The notes under the pieces: generated by a model
Databases searched by the model: none
Told to the model about the DNA's origin: nothing
What the model saw: only the letters and a program-made list of their open reading frames with translations
Position numbers and translations under genes: made by a program
Origin: a virus
Length of the DNA stretch: 64,000 bases
Strand: one strand, 5' to 3'
IMG/VR virus record: IMGVR_UViG_3300025769_000077
Span: 1 to 64,000 of that record
Part shown: positions 20,260 to 28,408 of the stretch, piece by piece
Layout of the letters: every line of letters starts with the position of its first letter
Position numbering within the stretch: position 1 is the stretch's first letter

Positions 20260-20695
20260 AATATTTCTTTGATCCTTTGTTATGTCCTGGTGCTTTTTGA
20301 GTTAATGGTCCGTTGTAAACTTGATCGTGGTCATGTTGACGACTAATAGCTGAAAGCTTTTCAGCCATTTCTTTTTGCTTTTGCTTAAGATCATCATTTA
20401 AGTAAAAGTCTTCAGGAGCCATTACAGACACCATTTGGTTTTCATCATAGATGTGATACTTTTTACCTTTATAGTTCATCTCAGTTAATCTTCTACATGA
20501 AGCCATAGGTATAGCATACATACCTGGTTTTACATGATTACAATTTTCAGAAGCAAATGCTACTAAAAAGTATTCATTGTCTAAGAACTTATGTCCGTCT
20601 TCTGTTTGTTTTAAAAGAGCTGACTGTGGTAACCATAAACCTGATTCTGTCTTAAGTTCCACTTCTACTGCGAAATAGTTTCTAAATAATTTCAT
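20249..20695 (-). CDS. GroES-like co-chaperonin
   Basis: KTESGLWLP mobile loop, VKPG, YKGKKYHIYDENQM pattern of Cpn10. Confidence 0.6.
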   Translation of the reverse strand: MKLFRNYFAVEVELKTESGLWLPQSALLKQTEDGHKFLDNEYFLVAFASENCNHVKPGMYAIPMASCRRLTEMNYKGKKYHIYDENQMVSVMAPEDFYLNDDLKQKQKEMAEKLSAISRQHDHDQVYNGPLTQKAPGHNKGSKKYYDR

Positions 20696-20910
20696 TTTAT
20701 AAAATTTTTTAAGTTTTTACGTATTCTAAATAATCCAATTTGAGGAATTCTAACTACATTATGTGTATCCTCATCTTCTTTTTTAAATTCTGAGAACTTC
20801 TCTCTCATCATCTTGAAATATAAACTTATCAATTCATCAACTTGACTTAGTATTAAACCTTCTTTATCTGCTACTATCTTTGCTATTTTTCTTACTTTTT
20901 TGGTTAACAT
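20692..20910 (-). CDS. HU/IHF-like DNA-binding protein
   Basis: Small basic protein with VRIPQIGLF arm motif. Confidence 0.6.
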   Translation of the reverse strand: MLTKKVRKIAKIVADKEGLILSQVDELISLYFKMMREKFSEFKKEDEDTHNVVRIPQIGLFRIRKNLKNFIK

Positions 20911-20930
20911 TCATGCAACATTTATCTGGT

Positions 20931-21314
20931 TCACACTTTACCGGTCTCACTTCGCACCATTTTGAAGTTGAAGCTGAGTTTGAAAGTTTCTTCATTTGGA
21001 TATATTAGAAGATCTGTTTTTACTTTATTGTTTAATATAAACCCTTTATTTCTAAGGGATGTTAATGTGTTATTCAACGTAGCCTTTTTAATCTGTAGAT
21101 AAGAAGATATATCTTCCTTAACTTCCGGAGTAAAGACTAACCTCCATCTTAAATCCTCACTAGTTACTTCATTTTTGATAAGATAAGCTTGATAGTTTAA
21201 ATCTGCTAAAACCTTATATTCTATTTCAGTCAATCGATGCTTTTTATCCAGTATAGCATAATACGCTTGGAACATATCACGATCTGTAATATTTGATATA
21301 TCAAAGTTTTTCAT
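20931..21314 (-). CDS. Winged-HTH protein (RepL-like)
   Basis: LTEIEYKVL..ISSYLQIKKATLNNTLTSLRNKGFI. Confidence 0.55.
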   Translation of the reverse strand: MKNFDISNITDRDMFQAYYAILDKKHRLTEIEYKVLADLNYQAYLIKNEVTSEDLRWRLVFTPEVKEDISSYLQIKKATLNNTLTSLRNKGFILNNKVKTDLLIYPNEETFKLSFNFKMVRSETGKV

Positions 21315-21540
21315 ATAATTCTTCGTTTATGTTATACTTACCTCTCACAGATGTTTTAATCAATATATTGCTTTCTTCAAAGAACTTCATAAAACGAAAG
21401 AAGCTGGCTTCTGATATGTTTAACTCTCTCATTACCTCTTCTTTAGCTTCTCTATTTGAATACCACACCATTCTATTTGATGTCCGTATTATGTATTTTA
21501 AGAAACCAGCTTTTGTTTCGTTTAGTGTATCTAGTAACAT
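21301..21540 (-). CDS. RepL-like winged-HTH protein
   Basis: MRELNISEASFFRFMKFFEESNIL..RGKYNIN. Confidence 0.6.
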   Translation of the reverse strand: MLLDTLNETKAGFLKYIIRTSNRMVWYSNREAKEEVMRELNISEASFFRFMKFFEESNILIKTSVRGKYNINEELYEKL

Positions 21541-21558
21541 CCTGGCGATTTAATAGTA

Positions 21559-21566
21559 CAAAGATA
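21559..21566 (-). promoter_or_regulatory. Bacteroidota -7 promoter element TATCTTTG upstream of RepL-like genes
   Basis: TAnnTTTG consensus. Confidence 0.6.
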
Positions 21567-21606
21567 GTATTACTCTCAATATATGCAAGTATTACTCTCA
21601 ATATAT
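21566..21606. repeat. 19-bp direct repeat AGTATTACTCTCAATATAT, 22-bp period
   Basis: Copies at 21566-21584 and 21588-21606, adjoining promoter 21559-21566. Confidence 0.9.
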
Positions 21607-21610
21607 TTCA

Positions 21611-21640
21611 AAAAATAACCCAGGTGGTATTCCTGGGTTA
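21611..21640 (-). terminator. Intrinsic terminator
   Basis: TAACCCAGG/CCTGGGTTA hairpin with U-tract on minus strand. Confidence 0.7.
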
Positions 21641-21686
21641 AAATCTTAAGATAGCGAATCTTGTCAGATTAAAGATGTCATCTTCA

Positions 21687-22166
21687 CTACAAATATAATT
21701 TATCTATTACTTCTTCAATAGGTAAACTTTCAAAATGTTTAATCTTTTTCTTTTCTATTTCCTTCATTTTAGCAGTATCTTGTAGTTCATCATATTTTGA
21801 TTGTAATGCTTCATTGTATCTTTCAGCACCTGTTGAACCGGTATAAAGAGTAATATTAGGAGGTTGATTGAATTCTTCAAGAATTCTTCTCATCTCTTCT
21901 ATATCTAAGTCTGTATATGTACTTTGATTACTCATTTGTTGTAATATTCCGCTTCCTGTTTGGATTTGAAAGTTAGTATCGTTTGTGGTAGATTTTCGAT
22001 CCCATAATATCTGTACAGGAGCGTCACCAATCACATCACTTCCTCCCATATATCTTTGGGACCAATTGTTATCATGACCACTACCTCTTACTATTTGTTG
22101 TCCTATTTGTCTATCTTCAATAACAGGATCTATTATTGATCTCCATACTTCTTCTAATTCACTCAT
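21687..22166 (-). CDS. Hypothetical protein
   Basis: 159 aa ORF; ends EEVIDKLYL. Confidence 0.55.
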   Translation of the reverse strand: MSELEEVWRSIIDPVIEDRQIGQQIVRGSGHDNNWSQRYMGGSDVIGDAPVQILWDRKSTTNDTNFQIQTGSGILQQMSNQSTYTDLDIEEMRRILEEFNQPPNITLYTGSTGAERYNEALQSKYDELQDTAKMKEIEKKKIKHFESLPIEEVIDKLYL

Positions 22167-22178
22167 TTTACTTTAATT

Positions 22179-22206
22179 AAAAAGGACTCTTGGTTTAGAG
22201 TCCTTG
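22179..22206 (-). terminator. Intrinsic terminator
   Basis: AAGGACTCT/AGAGTCCTT hairpin with U-tract on minus strand. Confidence 0.7.
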
Positions 22207-22314
22207 TTGAGATTTCTTAATTGGTAGGATGTTCCCTTCTGGAACAATACAAATATATGAATAATATTTATATACTTACAAATATTTTCTTAATTATTTA
22301 CTATTTAGATATAA

Positions 22315-22572
22315 AAGTTTCTACCTACGGATTAGGGTATTTTTGAAACTAAGAAGATGAACGAGGTTATTGCTATTTGTAAGCTGGTTATGTAGACCAT
22401 ATCTTTCGACTTAGGTCTTGGTTATCTAAAGTCGGGTTCCACCAATTACACTACGCTGAGTACCGACTCACTTACTTATTCACAATATTTTAATCATGCT
22501 TCTCATGGATGCTTGAGAAATCTCGTTTCCTACCAAACCAAACGCATTAAGAAGTCATGAACCATCTGTTCG
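22315..22572. ncRNA. Candidate structured ncRNA
   Basis: ORF-free, several nested stems, minus-strand TATATTTG promoter at 22577-22584; strand uncertain. Confidence 0.4.
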
Positions 22573-22586
22573 GGTACAAATATACT

Positions 22587-22793
22587 TTAAAAGAAGACTT
22601 TGTAAAGAACTCTTTTTAAAAAGTTTTTACTGTATTTGTAAGTCATTGACTTAAAGTAATATAATGCATCTTTTTCTTTTACAAAAAACTTAAATTCTTT
22701 TCCTTTAACTTCAACTAAATAATTGTAATCAGTGTTCTTTCTTGTCTTATCAAATAAAGACACTAAGTTTTCTTTTTTAATTAATTTACTCAT
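22587..22793 (-). CDS. Hypothetical protein
   Basis: Short ORF overlapping the stop of the upstream gene. Confidence 0.45.
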   Translation of the reverse strand: MSKLIKKENLVSLFDKTRKNTDYNYLVEVKGKEFKFFVKEKDALYYFKSMTYKYSKNFLKRVLYKVFF

Positions 22794-23908
22794 TTTACTC
22801 TTTCTTCTATTCCTGAAAATCTTAAATTAACTAGTGTATTATTCACATCTGTTTCAGCAGTAAAATAAAGAACTTCTTTACTTTTTAATACAAATGGTTG
22901 TGAAGGAGAAATGTCAAAACTACTTTCTACTGATGAATCTATATCAAATCTACATATTTCATAATATGTATTAGTAACTCTAGAATAAGTCCATCCTTTT
23001 ATTGTTACAAAAGGTGAATTACCTCCTGATATTTTACGAACATTAATACATAACCAATCAGCTAGAAAGTTATGATTGATTTGAGTATGAAAAATAGCTT
23101 GTTGTGTTACTCCATTTCCATTTGGTATATCTGCTTGAATACCAAATGTAGTACTAGTAGCTGATATAATACCATCATTTGCTTTTAAAGAACCACTTGA
23201 TAATACATTCATTCTATTTATTCCTAACCATGTATTGTCTGTTGCAACTGGAGTTGTACCGTTTAAATTAACAACTTCTTCTTGTACTAAGAAATCTTCT
23301 CCTATACCTATAATATAAACTTGATTAGCTCCTGTACCTGCTAATGTATCATTTGTAGAAGTAGATACAATATTAAGTGTTTCAGCAGTTGTCATTATAT
23401 TAAATGTACCACCAAAATGCGAAATTATTTCTTGTGAACCTGAATCTATATCTGGATTATAACCCCATTTACTCCAAGTTTTTCTACCTTGTCTTTTACC
23501 CATAGCTACTTCATATTTATATTCAGTAGGTCTTACAACAGTAGTATCATAATTTTCAGCTAATGTTTCATTAATAGGAGTTGTTAACTGACCAAATATA
23601 CCATGAGTAGTAGATATTCTTAAATAAGTTTGATCTGTTGAATCATTTACAAATCTTACTCTAAAGTATCTATTTCCTACAGTTAGCACATGAGGAGGAT
23701 TTATTCTAGAAGGATCGTAGTTAAAAGATAAAGATGTATCCCAATTGATTCTATTATGTGAGAATTCAAAGTAGTAAGTACCTATTTGATCTGTAACTAC
23801 ATGAATCATTACATCCGGATAAGGATTCAACTCTGCTGATCCTACAAACTCTTTATTAGCTTCTAATGGAATATTTGTAGAATTAGCAATAGATAGTAAA
23901 TTTTCCAT
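22790..23908 (-). CDS. Hypothetical beta-rich protein, possibly virion-associated
   Basis: KWGYNPDID, STSTNDTLAGTGA, WLGINRM motifs; own promoter. Confidence 0.55.
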   Translation of the reverse strand: MENLLSIANSTNIPLEANKEFVGSAELNPYPDVMIHVVTDQIGTYYFEFSHNRINWDTSLSFNYDPSRINPPHVLTVGNRYFRVRFVNDSTDQTYLRISTTHGIFGQLTTPINETLAENYDTTVVRPTEYKYEVAMGKRQGRKTWSKWGYNPDIDSGSQEIISHFGGTFNIMTTAETLNIVSTSTNDTLAGTGANQVYIIGIGEDFLVQEEVVNLNGTTPVATDNTWLGINRMNVLSSGSLKANDGIISATSTTFGIQADIPNGNGVTQQAIFHTQINHNFLADWLCINVRKISGGNSPFVTIKGWTYSRVTNTYYEICRFDIDSSVESSFDISPSQPFVLKSKEVLYFTAETDVNNTLVNLRFSGIEERVK

Positions 23909-23912
23909 AGAA

Positions 23913-23920
23913 CAAAAATA
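23913..23920 (-). promoter_or_regulatory. Bacteroidota -7 promoter element TATTTTTG, 4 nt before ATG
   Basis: Minus-strand TATTTTTG-TTCT-ATG. Confidence 0.55.
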
Positions 23921-24505
23921 CTACTTTATTTGTCTACCTATAATATCATACACCGGTACATAAGCAACATTGGGTTTAAAATAAGCAACATATGGAAAGT
24001 ATTCTCTATCACTATTGAAATCTATTTGTAAAATCCTATAATATCCTGATTCTTTTAGATCATATTGATATTCTCTTCTCACAAGTGAGTTACCATGAGC
24101 TTGTACAGAATCAACTCTTATACCTGGATATTTTTCTATTACAAAATGAGATGCATTAATTTCTACTTCAGTAACCCAATAAAATGTAGAATCTTCTATA
24201 TAATACTCAGACATAACTACCGGTAATACATTACATTCATTGTTTTCAAAGTTTATTCTTGTACATCCTGATTTGACAGTAATACTCTCTATGAGAGAAT
24301 CTGATTCATATACATAGATAGAACCTACATTTAAGTTATCATATTTCTTAGATGAGTTTAAGAAATGAATAACTACATGTGAGACATCTTTAGATGAAAA
24401 TACAGTTACTTTCTTACATTTAAATTCAACTGTTATAGTTGATTCACATCCTGCTGATAGAAACAAAGGAATGAAAAGGAATAAGGTTGTTAATATGTGT
24501 CTCAT
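23921..24505 (-). CDS. Secreted protein with Bacteroidota T9SS-cargo-type LPVEL Ig-like domain and truncated CTD
   Basis: Signal peptide; LPVVM..W.TEVEINASHFVIEK..AHGNS..Y..YYRILQIDFN; ends VYDIIGRQIK. Confidence 0.65.
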   Translation of the reverse strand: MRHILTTLFLFIPLFLSAGCESTITVEFKCKKVTVFSSKDVSHVVIHFLNSSKKYDNLNVGSIYVYESDSLIESITVKSGCTRINFENNECNVLPVVMSEYYIEDSTFYWVTEVEINASHFVIEKYPGIRVDSVQAHGNSLVRREYQYDLKESGYYRILQIDFNSDREYFPYVAYFKPNVAYVPVYDIIGRQIK

Positions 24506-24668
24506 GTACTGATATATACAACAATAAGGCTATTTTCAAAAATTTTTTATTTTTTTGAATTCGATCTGTATTGTCATGCGTGGGTACTATCTTATTAAAC
24601 ACCCCCAGCTCGACGTTGCCGAACGGCATACCGCCACGGTAATCTTAAACGTATCTAAAAAAAGTAAA

Positions 24669-25010
24669 ATGGATTTATTCAAAGAAATCGGAATCGACGC
24701 GGAAAAAGCACAAGCAGTAGTCTTAACTAAAGCTGAAGAGCTTAAAAAGATTGAAGTAGGAAACGAAATCGTTTCACGCATTACATCTGTTGCACCAATG
24801 CGTCCTGCGAAAGACGGTCGCAGTATCACACGTGCAAAGTGTGTATTTGACGGAATCAACTTCGACTTCGTAATTGACGGTGCTGCGAAAGAGAACAGAG
24901 ACCTCATCGGTGAAAACATTCGCTTAACTTTTCGTGGTATTTCAGACGCTGTTGTTAAGCAAGACGGAACCACTCAAAAGTATGCACGTTGGTCACATGA
25001 GTTTGCGTAG
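24669..25010 (+). CDS. First plus-strand gene, hypothetical; probable start MDLFKE
   Basis: A-rich leader, CpG-rich codons, followed by terminator. Confidence 0.65.
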   Translation: MDLFKEIGIDAEKAQAVVLTKAEELKKIEVGNEIVSRITSVAPMRPAKDGRSITRAKCVFDGINFDFVIDGAAKENRDLIGENIRLTFRGISDAVVKQDGTTQKYARWSHEFA

Positions 25011-25014
25011 AATC

Positions 25015-25036
25015 AAAGGGACTTCGGTCCCTTTTC
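25015..25036 (+). terminator. Intrinsic terminator
   Basis: AAAGGGAC-TTCG-GTCCCTTTT. Confidence 0.85.
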
Positions 25037-25236
25037 TTCTCGAAGCCGCGTAGCGGCATTCTACACTCATACGTTTCAACTCAGTTACGTTACGTTTCGT
25101 TTCCGTTTCTTTCAATTAATTACTTAATTGTCGCATATAAGTTGATAGTGATGTAGATAGACCTTCGGTCTAGCACCTACCACACCACATCAATCACATT
25201 TCAATCTCTTGTCAAATAAAAATAACGTTATAAATC

Positions 25237-25341
25237 ATGACGAAAAGAGAATTAACATATAATCTTAAATTGTATACATTTATTCTATTTATTCTATGTT
25301 TCATCATAGGATTTATAGTAGGATTAGTAACTCATTCATAA
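25237..25341 (+). CDS. Small single-pass membrane protein (34 aa)
   Basis: MTKRELTYNLKLYTFILFILCFIIGFIVGLVTHS; below ORF-track cutoff. Confidence 0.45.
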   Translation: MTKRELTYNLKLYTFILFILCFIIGFIVGLVTHS

Positions 25342-25359
25342 AAAATAAATAACAAACAA

Positions 25360-25674
25360 ATGAAAGTATTTGCATTAAATCTACAAGGTTCCTATTCAGA
25401 TGTATTTGGATGGGATAATGGTATCAATGGTACAATTGGTGCAGAAATATCATTTCAACAAGCTCTTGATGAGAACGAGAGCTTGATGGAATATAACAGT
25501 GATTCATATGGATTACCTGATACTCCTGAACAAGGAGTTTACTTTAACCTTTACGAAGGTCAAGGTAAACGTAATGGTAGTGGTTACGTGATAGCACGTA
25601 ACATTACTGAAGCTAAATCATTATTAGCTGAATTTGAAGAAGAATTCAATGAACAACATGTCATTGAATATTAA
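25360..25674 (+). CDS. Hypothetical acidic protein
   Basis: A-rich Bacteroidota-type leader; 104 aa. Confidence 0.65.
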   Translation: MKVFALNLQGSYSDVFGWDNGINGTIGAEISFQQALDENESLMEYNSDSYGLPDTPEQGVYFNLYEGQGKRNGSGYVIARNITEAKSLLAEFEEEFNEQHVIEY

Positions 25675-25688
25675 ATTGTAACAAATCA

Positions 25689-26470
25689 AAGCTCCTAAGT
25701 ATGGTTTATCCTACTAACACAACTAGCGGACTTAGGAGTTTACTTTTTTGTCGTATTGAGAGACAACTCAATAATAAACCGGTGTCCGAACAAACTAAAG
25801 ACATTAAACTATGGTGGTAAACTCAGCTGGAGAGCGAGCAAGCAAAACTCATTAACTTACCAATTCTAACAGCTATTTATAGTCATCCGAAGGTAGTAGG
25901 GTACGTTGAAAAGGATATACGTACATAGTAAGTTTTTTATTAACCGCTGTAAACCTGTAAGCAATCTAACAATGTGAAGTCAGGTCTCACAAATTATGTA
26001 CTATCAAATCTGAGTACAGACCAATTCTCAGTAAACTGAATACTCAAGGAGATTCAGTTTTAAAGGTCAACAGCTTATCCTAGTTAAACGGCTGAACCAA
26101 GTACTAGGTATTTATCCATTCAATATGCTATCTGTTAGGTGTATTGTCTTATTAACGCGCTTGCTGACGAGTAAGTGTAGCAGACATAGTAGTACAGTAC
26201 TATGAAACTTAAATTAAACAACAAATGATATCTGTACAATATCATAAACGGCAGGGATGTCCATAATATCGTTCTCCATAGGGTTTTGGATATTTAATTA
26301 ACAGGTAAGCGACAATACCTTTAGTCGTGTACGTCAACCGGTCTAACGGTACAATCAGGGTAAGCAGTCCTGTATGAAGGTTAATACATTGTATTTTAAG
26401 ATAAAAGACCTTTGAAGTAAGGTACAAAACATCCCTTACAAAGACAGGGCATCATCAACAATGGTGTCCT
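25689..26470 (+). ncRNA. Array of candidate structured RNA modules
   Basis: About 780 nt without credible ORF; successive closing stems with internal hairpins and loop-loop complements. Confidence 0.45.
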
Positions 26471-26471
26471 T

Positions 26472-26524
26472 CTTTAATGCAGCAATATCAAGTCACAAGC
26501 CTTGTTGAGAAATGCAGAGTGGAG
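26472..26524 (+). ncRNA. Twister ribozyme (type P1)
   Basis: U|AA-UGCA-GC...CAAG-UCACAAGC-CUUG...UGCA-GA-GUG-GAG matches twister P2, P4, T1 (CAC/GUG) and T2; P1 short. Confidence 0.75.
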
Positions 26525-26552
26525 TAAATAACATTTAAAAACAAACAAAATT

Positions 26553-26861
26553 ATGAAGTACTTATTACTATTAATCCCATTCCTATTACTATCATGTGAA
26601 AGAGATTTCAACATAGTAGTAGAAGATGAGAAAGGTAAATTGTGGACATTAACCACAGTTTACGGTTCTTATATGAAAGAAGGAGACACTGTTGTCTTAG
26701 AATACAAAGACATAAAACAAGGTTATCCACCTGAGTTTTATGGTATGTACAAAGGTGTTATGCCTGACGATTATCAAATTAAATCGGCTTCTAATGAACC
26801 GATAAAATATACAGTTAATGTAGTTTACATAAAGGCTAAAGTACTTAATGTAACTCGTTAG
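26553..26861 (+). CDS. Putative lipoprotein
   Basis: MKYLLLLIPFLLLSC lipobox. Confidence 0.7.
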   Translation: MKYLLLLIPFLLLSCERDFNIVVEDEKGKLWTLTTVYGSYMKEGDTVVLEYKDIKQGYPPEFYGMYKGVMPDDYQIKSASNEPIKYTVNVVYIKAKVLNVTR

Positions 26862-26875
26862 TATTTGTTTGTTAT

Positions 26876-26899
26876 AGGGGAGTTATCTCCCCTTTTTTT
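26876..26899 (+). terminator. Intrinsic terminator
   Basis: AGGGGAG/CTCCCCT followed by T-tract. Confidence 0.8.
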
Positions 26900-26919
26900 C
26901 GTCATTTAATAATAAACCA

Positions 26920-27273
26920 ATGTTAATATATAAACTAACCATAGTAAACAAAAAAACAGGTGAAGTAAAGAAATTATATCCTTTTACAAGTGAATCAGAA
27001 ATCAGAAGTGAAGGAAAGAAAATATGTTTAGAAGACTCACCTGAATTGTTTGAGAAACTAAATAAAATTCCAAAAAAGTATCATTCTGTTCTTTTAAGAA
27101 GAAGATATGATATATTCTTGGATACAAAGAGTGTAAGTACAAGACCAAGTACTGATACACCTTTAGGTACAGAAGAACACATTTCTAGACAATTTGTAAG
27201 ATCCAATCTTAATAAAGTTGTTAACAATATTCCTTTTGAATGGGATTCTTTAAGATTTAATACAAATTACTAA
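26920..27273 (+). CDS. Hypothetical protein
   Basis: ORF with A-rich leader. Confidence 0.6.
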   Translation: MLIYKLTIVNKKTGEVKKLYPFTSESEIRSEGKKICLEDSPELFEKLNKIPKKYHSVLLRRRYDIFLDTKSVSTRPSTDTPLGTEEHISRQFVRSNLNKVVNNIPFEWDSLRFNTNY

Positions 27274-27292
27274 TGTTACAAGATAATATAGA

Positions 27293-27652
27293 TTGGTGAA
27301 AAATTTAATAAGTACGTTAATAGTTGCATGTATAGTATTTGCAGCTATTTCTCTTCCATTGTTTGAAACTAAGATTTCATTTAATGTTGAAGACATAACC
27401 GGAAACTTTCCATTTGCCGGTAAAATAGAATTAAATGGAGATAAATACTATGTGAGTACTAAAACTTGTGTAAGTATTTGGATGGATAAACTACATTTAT
27501 CTGATATGCCTGAAGAGAACATACAAAAAGTATATGTTAATGCTAAGTATAGTATTGCAGATTACATTTCAGGTAATTTCTCTACTGGTTACACAAAGTA
27601 CGTATGTGAAAACAACGTTGTCCACATGGATAAACATTCATGGTTAAAATAA
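27293..27652 (+). CDS. Hypothetical membrane-anchored protein
   Basis: N-terminal hydrophobic helix. Confidence 0.5.
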   Translation: MVKNLISTLIVACIVFAAISLPLFETKISFNVEDITGNFPFAGKIELNGDKYYVSTKTCVSIWMDKLHLSDMPEENIQKVYVNAKYSIADYISGNFSTGYTKYVCENNVVHMDKHSWLK

Positions 27653-27733
27653 TGGCTCTTGTTGAAATAACCAGCTACTTAGTAGTTCCTTAAAGTGGAT
27701 TAAAAAAGACAAGTTTTTAAAATATAAACAGTT

Positions 27734-27967
27734 ATGAGCAATCAAATAATTGTACCTTCAAAAAAATTCTTTAAACATGACCATGTCATAGACAGTTTAG
27801 GACATGGAACTCCTTATTTGTATATAAAACATACAGGAGTTGTTGATGGTATTGGTAGACAACATGTTAATCTTTATGGCAGATGTGATATTTGCAATAA
27901 AGAAATAATTGTTGCACGATTACATGTAAATGAAGACGGTATTATTTATCCAGCTTTAAAAAAATAG
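27734..27967 (+). CDS. Small putative Zn-binding protein
   Basis: HDH..CDIC; resembles DUF1660-type small phage proteins. Confidence 0.5.
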   Translation: MSNQIIVPSKKFFKHDHVIDSLGHGTPYLYIKHTGVVDGIGRQHVNLYGRCDICNKEIIVARLHVNEDGIIYPALKK

Positions 27968-27999
27968 GTTAAACCTTATACCTTGTGATTAAAAAAATT

Positions 28000-28392
28000 A
28001 AACATATTTGGGAGAGTCTACTCCAATCACTAAAAAAAGATAGAATATAAATTGTAGTTGCTGCTTATTGTGTCTTAGGACTAATAAAGCTAAGTAAGTG
28101 GACATATTAAATCTATCAAGTGTACCAACTGTATTGTGATATGTTGGAAGGAAAGCATATAGCTTGTAATAATCTAAATACACTTAGGAGTTCACAGCAA
28201 GAGATAAACGGGACATAGCGTTGAGCGTTGAAACATGAATTATCTCGTGACCATTCATTTAAACCTTGTATTTTAAACAAGAACGTTTGTGAATGGTGCT
28301 AAGCATAGTGACAAAAATGCTGAATAAAGAACCCTTGTCATCTGTTCGCTTTAAGAACTGTCTCACACCAAGTAGGTTAAGCTTGGTTTTTT
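28000..28392 (+). ncRNA. Candidate ~390-nt structured ncRNA
   Basis: No plus-strand ORF; multiple closing stems; ends in hairpin plus T-tract. Confidence 0.45.
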
Positions 28393-28408
28393 AAATATAG
28401 AAAAAAAT

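Noticed and set aside
21566-21606. CRISPR mini-array
   Set aside because: Only two 19-bp copies separated by 3 nt; no spacers or cas genes
25813-25835. tRNA gene (GGTGGTAAACTCAGCTGGAGAGC)
   Set aside because: Only a 5'/D-arm-like fragment; no anticodon arm or T-arm follows
26150-26210. Hammerhead ribozyme (CTGACGA...GAAAC)
   Set aside because: CTGACGA sits in a competing hairpin (GCGCTTGCT/AGTAAGTGT), and stems II and III could not be built convincingly
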